DNA of 35,424 nt from a virus (IMGVR_UViG_3300024518_002913:1-35424), one strand, 5' to 3'. Positions 15,989-23,070 are shown, numbered from the stretch's first letter. The notes: generated by a model not told the origin, from the sequence alone. Numbers and translations are program-made.

Positions 15989-16514
15989 CTTTTTTCCTTG
16001 TTAAATAATCCTCTATGGATTCGTTAGTATTTTCACTTCCTTCTGATCTTTTAGAGCTTTCAAGTAATTGCCCCATAACAAGCATTGCCTTAGTCTTTGA
16101 CTCAAATGTTATATCTATGCCATGAGCAGTGCTTTTTATCTTTTGAACGGCAAACATTGCCTCTTTTGGAATATCCTCTAAAGCCTTTATATGCAGTATT
16201 CCGCCATCGTCTATCCGGTCTATTATATCCATTATGTTATATGTACAAAGTGCCTCTAATCTATCCATAAGGTCGTTAGCATCTTCAATTTCTCTTATCT
16301 GATGCCCTTCTGCTGCTTTCTGAAGGTACGGTAATAGTACATTATCCCTTTTTAGCTCTGATGCTATGTTTTTCGCACTGTGTTTACTATACCCAACATC
16401 TATGGCGGCTTGCGTTGCTGTCCCGTGCCCCATGCCTAATTCAATATATCGCTTTGCCCAAGCTCTTTTTCTTGGTGCAACACGTTTAATCTTTTTGGCT
16501 GGGGTTTTAGTCAT
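15831..16514 (-). CDS. terS: Terminase small subunit (Terminase_2-like)
   Basis: KRYIELGMGHGTATQAAIDVGYSKHSAKNIASELKRDNVLLPYL is the typical TerS HTH region. ATG at 16514 is preceded by AAAGGG and overlaps the upstream stop (ATGACTAA). Confidence 0.8.
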   Translation of the reverse strand: MTKTPAKKIKRVAPRKRAWAKRYIELGMGHGTATQAAIDVGYSKHSAKNIASELKRDNVLLPYLQKAAEGHQIREIEDANDLMDRLEALCTYNIMDIIDRIDDGGILHIKALEDIPKEAMFAVQKIKSTAHGIDITFESKTKAMLVMGQLLESSKRSEGSENTNESIEDYLTRKKDERKKESDKESIEEVGFRESTPKEGCITPETKQLSNEGEQSEAEAEPEKKEC

Positions 16515-16731
16515 TATAAACCCTTTCGACGTATGTGATAAATTCTCCACTGTTTCCAATGGATTCTCGCCTTATCACTAATTTATACTTCTCTTTTATT
16601 TCATGCTCATAAAAATCAGCCTTTCTATCATGTGTCTCAACCCATACACCTTCCTTTGTGTAACAAGGAAATGATTCTGCGGTTAAATCAAAGGGTTTAT
16701 TTCCGAATCTATGAAAATCTTCGTCAATCAA
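16507..16731 (-). CDS. Hypothetical protein (74 aa), TTG start
   Basis: ORF track; the TTG start overlaps the upstream stop (TTGA). Confidence 0.45.
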   Translation of the reverse strand: MIDEDFHRFGNKPFDLTAESFPCYTKEGVWVETHDRKADFYEHEIKEKYKLVIRRESIGNSGEFITYVERVYND

Positions 16732-17039
16732 TCTTCTTCCTTTGGTGTAAGCTCTCTTATCGCCTTCGCTGTTGCTATTGCAGCGGCCTCTTGATAATTT
16801 TCAGCTTGTGCGTCAAAAAACCCTTTTTTAACGGCTATTTCATAACTACACTTATTATCGGTTAAATCGTTATTTCTCATTACAACCGTTTTATTGAACC
16901 ATCCTAATTTTCCCCAAACCGGAACAAGGGCGTCGAGGGATTCATAGTAGGCTGTACAATTAGGATATGCGGCTGAGTTATTGTAATCAGATATTCCCAT
17001 ATACTCCGCTATAATTTTATTTGCTTCTTCTGACTTCAA
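16728..17039 (-). CDS. Hypothetical protein (103 aa), phage ABA-sandwich-domain-like, TTG start
   Basis: ANKIIAEYMGIS...YYESLDALVPVWGKLGW resembles that domain family. The C-terminus is TPKEED. Confidence 0.4.
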   Translation of the reverse strand: MKSEEANKIIAEYMGISDYNNSAAYPNCTAYYESLDALVPVWGKLGWFNKTVVMRNNDLTDNKCSYEIAVKKGFFDAQAENYQEAAAIATAKAIRELTPKEED

Positions 17040-17344
17040 TCTTCTTCCTTTGGTGTAAATTCTCTTATTGTTGCCAAATCTCTTTTATAATCTTCTTCAA
17101 CCATTAAAACCGCATAGCCTGAGATATTTTGCTCTGATGGTGGAATATACGCCGATACTGTCATTATTATAGATTTCCCTTTTTTGGTCCTGAAATTTAT
17201 TCTTGAGCCGTAACTTATTAATGCCTCGTTTGTCTGAATGGTCCCTAAAAGGTTATGAGAACTCATTAAACCCCTAACTTCTAAGCCTCTATATGATTTT
17301 CCCACTGATTCACCTATTTTTATTATTTTATTAATCTTTCTCAA
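17036..17344 (-). CDS. Hypothetical protein (102 aa)
   Basis: ORF track. It has the same TPKEED C-terminus as its neighbour. Confidence 0.45.
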   Translation of the reverse strand: MRKINKIIKIGESVGKSYRGLEVRGLMSSHNLLGTIQTNEALISYGSRINFRTKKGKSIIMTVSAYIPPSEQNISGYAVLMVEEDYKRDLATIREFTPKEED

Positions 17345-17607
17345 TATGCTGTCTGCTGCATATTTATTTTTGTTTGTTCTTCCTTGGTGTCAATTTCTTG
17401 ACGCTCTTTAGCTGTTGCCATTCTTGAGTTTATACACTGGCAACTTATCTGCTTGCATACTCCGTGCTTTATTTCCTCGGTGTAACCCTTATCTTGACAT
17501 TTCATGCACTTGAAAGGCTTTAACTTCTTTTTATTCTTAAAAATATTGCTATATTCTTCTCTGTCTTTTAAGGCTCCGCCGCCTACTGTCATTTTGTCAG
17601 TTCCCAT
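17341..17607 (-). CDS. Cys-rich (zinc-finger-like) hypothetical protein
   Basis: CMKCQDKGY...CKQISCQC. The start could be ATG 17607 or ATG 17592. Confidence 0.45.
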   Translation of the reverse strand: MGTDKMTVGGGALKDREEYSNIFKNKKKLKPFKCMKCQDKGYTEEIKHGVCKQISCQCINSRMATAKERQEIDTKEEQTKINMQQTAY

Positions 17608-18073
17608 TAATGATTTCTCCTGTCTTAATAAAATCTTCCGTCATTTTCTTTTGTACTTTAAATAATTCATGGATAAATACTTCCTTAACCGCACTTGATT
17701 TATTAACACCGAATAGTATCCATTCTGGCGATACTTCCTTGACTTGCGCCCCGTGAAACCTCGGAAATGGCGGGGGATTGAATTTTTCTTGCCATTTTAA
17801 ATCATAATAAGTGCCATATAAACCAAATTCATTGTAATTCAGGGTCATAATTCCCCTTTCTCTGTCGGTAATACAATGCTCTGGAATCCCTATAGAGGCT
17901 GAAACTTCGCCTCTAGTGAGTCTTAGAGTCGTTCTAAGCCATTTTAATCTGTCGTGAATGATAATATAACTCCCGTTGTTTAATCTTCTTGGAGCCGCTC
18001 CCCCTTTGCAAGTCTTTTTTTTGATTATCTGCAATAATTTATAAATACTAGGAAGGTAGCCAAAAACTCCCAC
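17597..18073 (-). CDS. XRE-family HTH transcriptional regulator (putative)
   Basis: HDRLKWLRTTLRLTRGEVSASIGIPEHCITDRERG matches the XRE HTH pattern. First gene of the minus-strand block; GTG start assumed. Confidence 0.5.
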   Translation of the reverse strand: MGVFGYLPSIYKLLQIIKKKTCKGGAAPRRLNNGSYIIIHDRLKWLRTTLRLTRGEVSASIGIPEHCITDRERGIMTLNYNEFGLYGTYYDLKWQEKFNPPPFPRFHGAQVKEVSPEWILFGVNKSSAVKEVFIHELFKVQKKMTEDFIKTGEIINGN

Positions 18074-18125
18074 TTATAAGACCTTTTCACGGAAGAAAGG
18101 GTTTTGTTTTTCAAGGAGTAATCCC

Positions 18126-18866
18126 ATAGATATTTATGTAATACCGGATAAACAAATAAATCCAGATATTGATTTTTCATGGATTAAGTCAATCGCATTG
18201 CATATTTGTGCAGTAAAACCAGCTTACGTCATTGATTTAGGGGATCATTTCGACATGCCGTCATTATCTAGCTTCGATAAGGGAAAAAAATCCCACGAAA
18301 ATAAAACTTATCAAGAGGATATAGATTGCGGAAACGCTGCTCTTGATCTATTTTTCGATACCCTAGATAAAAATTGGCGTGGTCACAAAAAAAAATGCAC
18401 TAAAATATTCCTAATGGGAAATCACGAAGTGAGAATCAGGAGAGCTTGGGAATTAGGGGATGCAACTTTAAGAGAAACAATGCGAAGGCTTAAACCTGAC
18501 TTTTCACGTTTTGACCGTGTTATTCCATTTCTAAGACCAATAAAGGCAGGCGGTGTTATGTTTGCCCACTATGCCCCAAATGATAACTCAGGGAAGGCAA
18601 TAGGACGCGCTCACATGATATTAAACAAGCGCCATAGGTCCTTTGTCGTAGGTCATCAGCAAGGTTTTGATTATCACGAACAATTGACAGGAGATGGAAA
18701 AATAATACATGGCATAATAGCTGGAAGTTGCTATCTCCATGAAGAAGCCTATAAAGGACCGTGTAACCACCATTTTAGGGGTACAATAATATTAAGAAAT
18801 GCCCGCGATGGAATGTTTGACCTTGAAAAATGGTCACTTACTCGAATTATCGAGAATTTTAAATGA
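18126..18866 (+). CDS. Calcineurin-like metallophosphoesterase (phage Ser/Thr phosphatase-like), start codon non-canonical or uncertain
   Basis: Motifs VIDLGDHFDMPSLSSFDKGKK and LMGNHE. The frame is open from 18060, and conserved-looking N-terminal residues DIYVIPDKQ lie upstream of the first canonical start (TTG 18198). AGGAG at 18114..18118 precedes ATA at 18126. Confidence 0.6.
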   Translation: MDIYVIPDKQINPDIDFSWIKSIALHICAVKPAYVIDLGDHFDMPSLSSFDKGKKSHENKTYQEDIDCGNAALDLFFDTLDKNWRGHKKKCTKIFLMGNHEVRIRRAWELGDATLRETMRRLKPDFSRFDRVIPFLRPIKAGGVMFAHYAPNDNSGKAIGRAHMILNKRHRSFVVGHQQGFDYHEQLTGDGKIIHGIIAGSCYLHEEAYKGPCNHHFRGTIILRNARDGMFDLEKWSLTRIIENFK

Positions 18867-19162
18867 AAATACCTAAAAAAATAAATGTAAAGGGTCAAAA
18901 TTACAAGATTAAATTCGTCAAAAATTTAAAAAATGAAGAAGGCGAAGAATGCGACGGTTTATGTGATCGTAAAAAACGGCTGATTGAAATAGATTCGGCT
19001 CTTAAAGGAGGTGATCTTAAGTCTACTTTTATCCATGAATGTTTACATGCTGTGGTAATCGAATGTTCGCTACATGAAGTTATTTCTTACGGTGCAGAGG
19101 AAATCATCGTAGGCAATATGGAAAGTTTTTTAATGAAACACTGGAGATTATATCTAAAATGA
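18863..19162 (+). CDS. Small HExxH zinc-metallopeptidase-motif protein
   Basis: FIHECLHAV motif; ATGA coupling to the upstream gene. Confidence 0.45.
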   Translation: MKIPKKINVKGQNYKIKFVKNLKNEEGEECDGLCDRKKRLIEIDSALKGGDLKSTFIHECLHAVVIECSLHEVISYGAEEIIVGNMESFLMKHWRLYLK

Positions 19163-19377
19163 ACAAAATTAGAATAATTATAGAATTAATAGGCTTTTGC
19201 TTTTTCATTTTCCTATTAGGATTCCTACTACCTCCACCCGATGCTGCAAGTCCTGACGTTGTTTCAAAGTACCCCTCTAATGATAGCATTGACGTTTGGA
19301 AGCCATATAGAGGCGAAGAAAATGACTATATGTGTCCGACATGTGATTGTGGGGAAGATTTTATTTTTGATTTATGA
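19159..19377 (+). CDS. Membrane-anchored Cys-motif protein (72 aa)
   Basis: N-terminal TM IIELIGFCFFIFLLGFLL and a C-terminal CPTCDC motif. Confidence 0.45.
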   Translation: MNKIRIIIELIGFCFFIFLLGFLLPPPDAASPDVVSKYPSNDSIDVWKPYRGEENDYMCPTCDCGEDFIFDL

Positions 19378-19462
19378 AATTAATACTAGGAAAAGGCTTT
19401 TAATATTCTTATAATTAAACTCTGGTAAGCATTTGTTGTTTTATTCTCCAAGTTGTTAAATT

Positions 19463-19488
19463 AGCCCTCAGAAATGGGGGCTTTTTTT
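19463..19488 (+). terminator. Rho-independent terminator
   Basis: AGCCC..(loop)..GGGCT stem followed by TTTTTTT, about 85 nt after the stop at 19377. Confidence 0.55.
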
Positions 19489-19830
19489 GTATCTTCTAAT
19501 AATTTATAAAATTCATCGACTATCTCACGGGTAAGAAGTTTTTCTTCTCCGTCTAATACATAAATCCAAGAATTTTCAAATTTAATAGAATTGTTTATTT
19601 CGTTTAATCCTCTAAAGCATTCGTCTTTTTGTGGAATTAAAAAAAGATGAAAAATTTTAACTAAATGCTTATTGGGCCTTTTGGATTGGCCCTAAGCATA
19701 GAGTTGGGTAAAGGGAAGAAAAGAAAAAAAAGAAAGCTTTTGGTTCAGCCTTTCGCCCCGCTCACTCTGGACTGATTATATCCGCTTTTCACTTTTGGTC
19801 AAGATGTCAAAAAGTTGACAGTGGTTATAG

Positions 19831-19866
19831 TGTCCCGACTTGTCCCGCTTTACTGTCCCGACTTGT
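19831..19866. promoter_or_regulatory. Direct repeats TGTCCCGACTTGT x2 (plus a partial third TGTCCCG)
   Basis: Copies at 19831..19843 and 19854..19866, partial copy at 19841..19847. The second copy runs into TTGTGAC, the motif also seen at 9444. Confidence 0.5.
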
Positions 19867-19884
19867 GACTCATTGCTAACCCAG

Positions 19885-19921
19885 GTATCTAATAATTAGC
19901 TTTTATGTATCTAATAATTAG
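19885..19921. promoter_or_regulatory. Two copies of the 15-bp operator-like repeat GTATCTAATAATTAG (core palindrome CTAAT-A-ATTAG)
   Basis: Copies at 19885..19899 and 19907..19921, 22 bp centre to centre, abutting a TTGACG -35 element. Confidence 0.6.
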
Positions 19922-19922
19922 A

Positions 19923-19952
19923 TTGACGAGATATTTTAATTTGAACTAATGT
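19923..19952 (+). promoter_or_regulatory. Candidate early promoter (TTGACG-N18-TAATGT)
   Basis: The -35 element is at 19923..19928. The first early gene starts at 19978 behind an AAAGGGG RBS. Confidence 0.35.
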
Positions 19953-19977
19953 ATATACAACAACAAAGGGGAAACAA

Positions 19978-20133
19978 ATGACAATCAAACAAATCAAAGA
20001 AAAAGCGCTAAAAATGGGAAAGGTTTTTACAACCGAACAGGCCAAGATGATGCAAGAATCATTAAGAGCCGATAGAAAACTTAGAAATAGAGAAATGAGA
20101 CATTATAATAAATTAGATAGAAGGGGTCTATAA
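19978..20133 (+). CDS. Hypothetical protein (51 aa), basic
   Basis: Below the track cutoff. RBS AAAGGGG; reads MTIKQIKEKALKMGKVFTTEQAKMM...; TAATG overlap with the next gene. Confidence 0.45.
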   Translation: MTIKQIKEKALKMGKVFTTEQAKMMQESLRADRKLRNREMRHYNKLDRRGL

Positions 20134-20315
20134 TGAAAATAATACTAGGGACAGAAATGGTAAAGGTTTACGGGGAAGAAAGGGAAGTTTTAGAGCATAC
20201 TGTTACCGTTACTTATGGGAATGGTTATGAAAAGAAAACTTACCACATGAACGAAAAAGGGGCTTTAAATAAAAAGAAGCTTATATTAAGTGAAGCCTAC
20301 GGGAGAATACACTAG
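20133..20315 (+). CDS. Hypothetical protein (60 aa)
   Basis: ORF track; coupled to both neighbours. Confidence 0.45.
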   Translation: MKIILGTEMVKVYGEEREVLEHTVTVTYGNGYEKKTYHMNEKGALNKKKLILSEAYGRIH

Positions 20316-20674
20316 TGAATAATTCAGCTCAAGAAAAAATCAATCATACTGGCGGGAAAAATGGCTATATCGTAAACACTAGGGCAGGAAAACCTTCCTT
20401 TGTGTTGCCTGACGTTGCCCGAAAAATGACAGGGGCACAGAAGGCTACCTTTGAGCCAGTAGAAGAAGTAAAGCCAAAAACAGAGGAAGAATCAAAAGAA
20501 GCTGTCATGGCTGAATTGAAAACTTTACTATCTAAAAAAACTCATGGTTATTCCAAGGAAGCTAAACTAGAATTTCTTTTTAATCATTGTGAAGTTAATG
20601 CCTTTTCTGAAATAGAAGCTCTGAGCGAATGGGGCTTAAAATGTATGATTGAAAAAATAACTGAAATAAATTAA
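20315..20674 (+). CDS. Hypothetical protein (119 aa), GTG start
   Basis: ORF track. Confidence 0.45.
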   Translation: MNNSAQEKINHTGGKNGYIVNTRAGKPSFVLPDVARKMTGAQKATFEPVEEVKPKTEEESKEAVMAELKTLLSKKTHGYSKEAKLEFLFNHCEVNAFSEIEALSEWGLKCMIEKITEIN

Positions 20675-20690
20675 AACAAAGGAGCGTAAA

Positions 20691-20843
20691 ATGTATTTTT
20701 TAGTGCAAACAAAAGACGGGTTAAATTATGAGAGAATGTGGGATTTTCCAAACTTCGATAGTTTCGATGAAGCCCTAGAGTATATGGATAAAAATTCTAT
20801 GAAGTTTGGCAAAATTATACCTAGAACAGAGAGGGACATGTAA
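20691..20843 (+). CDS. Hypothetical protein (50 aa)
   Basis: Below the track cutoff. RBS AAAGGAG; reads MYFLVQTKDGLNYERMWDFPNFDSFDEALEYM... Confidence 0.45.
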   Translation: MYFLVQTKDGLNYERMWDFPNFDSFDEALEYMDKNSMKFGKIIPRTERDM

Positions 20844-20844
20844 T

Positions 20845-21531
20845 ATGGGAAATTTAGGACATAGACTAGGAAGTGATTACAATGGCGAAAAGCCAAATTC
20901 AATAAGAAGCTTAACAAGCTCTTGGATTGACCAAACAAAAAAGGGCTTTAAATATTTTGAGTTCGACCTAGTGGAAACGGCTGACAAGAAATTAATGGTT
21001 ATACACAATAGAGAGTTAGACAATGGGCTAAAGGTAAAAGAGTTTACTTTCTCTGAGTTATTGGCGCATGAACCTTGGCGCTCTTCACTTCAAGGGCTTT
21101 TAAAAGAATTTGTAAAGCTTAACGGTGCTAAGTTTATGGGAATGGAATTAAACAAGCCATTAATGGTAGAGTTAAAAAGAATAGATACGACTATGGGAAG
21201 AAGAAGTCTAATAAATCAAATTGTAAAATTCAGAAAAGATATTAATAATATCGTGCCTATTCAGTGCATTTGTTTTGGCGGTAAGGGATTCTTTGGAATC
21301 AATCACTTCGAGAAATGTTTTCCTAAAAAAGATCGTGAATTTTGGAAAGAGGAATTTGCTAAGTCAAAAATTAATGTGTTAAATATTTATAACAAGAAGA
21401 AGGATTTATTTAAGAATCCAATTTATACAGAAGCAAATGTTAATTATGGATATAAAGGCGTAAAGCCAATAGAAATAAAAAAGCCTTCTTTCTTTAAAAG
21501 AATTATTAACTTTTTCAGGGGGCTCTTTTGA
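20845..21531 (+). CDS. Glycerophosphodiester-phosphodiesterase-like (GDPD fold) protein
   Basis: LGHRLG...EKPNSIRS...FEFDLVETADKKLMVIHNRE follows the GDPD pattern HRG..ENS...E.D....D...v.HD. ATG at 20845 comes right after the upstream stop. Confidence 0.45.
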   Translation: MGNLGHRLGSDYNGEKPNSIRSLTSSWIDQTKKGFKYFEFDLVETADKKLMVIHNRELDNGLKVKEFTFSELLAHEPWRSSLQGLLKEFVKLNGAKFMGMELNKPLMVELKRIDTTMGRRSLINQIVKFRKDINNIVPIQCICFGGKGFFGINHFEKCFPKKDREFWKEEFAKSKINVLNIYNKKKDLFKNPIYTEANVNYGYKGVKPIEIKKPSFFKRIINFFRGLF

Positions 21532-21603
21532 ATTGCGGAAATTGTGGAAGAAGAACAACAACAACAGACGGGCTTTGCCTAGAATGCTTACGGAGGATAC
21601 CAA

Positions 21604-21933
21604 ATGGTTTCAATAGCGAAAATACATTTCCCAAAAACTGGGCGCACTACATGGTGTGGAAGGGATATAGTAAATAATTCAGGAATCAGGGACGTTTCAG
21701 AGAGGCGCGACGATGTGACCTGTAAATCGTGCTTAGAGTCCTTTGATTACGCTTTTAAGCACGGTAAACCTATATACGCTGTATCTTTCATTGAAATAGA
21801 AAGGCTCCCTAAGATAGCCTGTAATAGGTGCGATAGGAGATTTTTTCCTAAAAGCAAATTTAATAAAAATTGCGGCTGTTTAAAAGGATCAATCGTAGAT
21901 AATGGGCTAGATGAATATAAAATAACCCTCTAA
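21604..21933 (+). CDS. Cys-rich hypothetical protein (109 aa)
   Basis: Strong RBS GGAGGATACCAA; CKSC and CNRCD...CGC motifs. Confidence 0.5.
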   Translation: MVSIAKIHFPKTGRTTWCGRDIVNNSGIRDVSERRDDVTCKSCLESFDYAFKHGKPIYAVSFIEIERLPKIACNRCDRRFFPKSKFNKNCGCLKGSIVDNGLDEYKITL

Positions 21934-21986
21934 CCTCCTGTTTTTGTTCAAAATATGAAGTTGAATATATATTATAATAATATAGT

Positions 21987-22015
21987 TTGACGTAATACGA
22001 TCCGTAATACACAAT
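21987..22015 (+). promoter_or_regulatory. Candidate promoter (TTGACG-N17-CACAAT) with a CGTAATAC x2 repeat in the spacer
   Basis: Read from the sequence; the downstream gene starts at 22037. Confidence 0.35.
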
Positions 22016-22036
22016 CTATGTATCAAAGGATTGTAT

Positions 22037-22480
22037 ATGACAAAAAAAGTAGCAAGCATAAGAATTAAGACAGAAGAAAAAGAAATGCTGAAAAAGAAAT
22101 TCGGCGGATTACAGGCGGCTATTGATCTCGGCCTAGAAGAGGTTTTAAAAAAGTATACATTTATCTATCTAATCACCAATTTAAAAAACAAAAAACAATA
22201 TGTCGGAATCTCAAAAAACCCCAAGAAAAGGTTTTACCAACATTGCCATAGTAAAACTATTTTAGGATACGACATTAAGAAGCACGGGAAGGAGTCGTTT
22301 AGCTTTGAGGTTTTAGCTAAATCTGAAAATCCCGTGACATCAAAAGATTTAGAAATATTTTTTATATTTTATTTTAAAACAGGAAAAGAATTTGGAGGAT
22401 ATAACGCTATCCCAGAGGGTAAAATGTATCTTTGGGATAACACAGTTATATCAACCCTTGACAATCTAGGAGGTAAGTAA
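22037..22480 (+). CDS. GIY-YIG nuclease with an N-terminal RHH-like segment
   Basis: YTFIYLITNLKNKKQYVGISKNPKKRFYQH is a GIY-YIG core. N-terminal KKVASIRIKTEEKEMLKKKF is ribbon-helix-helix-like. ATG 22037 follows AAAGGA. Confidence 0.65.
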   Translation: MTKKVASIRIKTEEKEMLKKKFGGLQAAIDLGLEEVLKKYTFIYLITNLKNKKQYVGISKNPKKRFYQHCHSKTILGYDIKKHGKESFSFEVLAKSENPVTSKDLEIFFIFYFKTGKEFGGYNAIPEGKMYLWDNTVISTLDNLGGK

Positions 22481-22686
22481 TGGTTACATCAACAAAAGAA
22501 TTTTTAAAAATATTATCTGAGGTCGATTGGTATTATGAGATGACTGATGATATGTGTGCTTATTGCAAAGGTGAAGAAGGTTACAAAAGAGCTAAAGAAA
22601 TTTCAGAACAAAATGAAGAATTTTTTAGCCTGTTCAATGATTATGCTTATGCAGTTTATAACAACACAGAAAAGCCAGTGGCTTAA
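22480..22686 (+). CDS. Hypothetical protein (68 aa)
   Basis: ORF track; TAATG overlap. Confidence 0.45.
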   Translation: MVTSTKEFLKILSEVDWYYEMTDDMCAYCKGEEGYKRAKEISEQNEEFFSLFNDYAYAVYNNTEKPVA

Positions 22687-22697
22687 GGGAGAATGTA

Positions 22698-22898
22698 ATG
22701 AATAATGAAGAAGCTTTTGATGCTATGCAATCGGCGCATACTCAAACATCTAACGAGATACTAGCCAAGATGAAAGATTGCGAGATTGACACGGATGAAG
22801 GATGGACAAAATATAAAAATTTTCACAGTGAATTGCTTGGAATGCGTCTGCTTTACAAAAACTGGGGGGATATTCTCTTCCCAGAGGCGGCTAAATGA
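22698..22898 (+). CDS. Hypothetical protein (66 aa)
   Basis: ORF track; RBS GGGAGAA. Confidence 0.45.
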   Translation: MNNEEAFDAMQSAHTQTSNEILAKMKDCEIDTDEGWTKYKNFHSELLGMRLLYKNWGDILFPEAAK

Positions 22899-23047
22899 AA
22901 AAAAATAAAACCGCAAGTATAAGAATAAACGAGGAAATTAAGCGGGTAATACTTAATGATTTTAAAACATCTCCACAAAAGATCGTTGATGAATGGATAA
23001 AGGAAAATATAAAAATTGACGTAGTAGTAAAAACTAAGCGAAAATAA
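22895..23047 (+). CDS. Small RHH-like protein (50 aa)
   Basis: Below the track cutoff. MKKNKTASIRINEEIKRVILNDF parallels the N-terminus of the GIY-YIG protein. ATGA overlap. Confidence 0.4.
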   Translation: MKKNKTASIRINEEIKRVILNDFKTSPQKIVDEWIKENIKIDVVVKTKRK

Positions 23048-23050
23048 CTT

Positions 23051-23070
23051 AACAACAACAACAACAACAA
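23051..23070 (+). repeat. (AAC)6 microsatellite in the leader of the RecT-like gene
   Basis: aacaacaacaacaacaac followed by AAGGA and ATG at 23080. Confidence 0.9.

Noticed and set aside
17597-19977. Calling the phage temperate because of an XRE-type regulator and operator-like repeats
   Set aside because: No integrase, excisionase, partition system or attP-like feature could be identified. Regulators and operators alone do not establish lysogeny.
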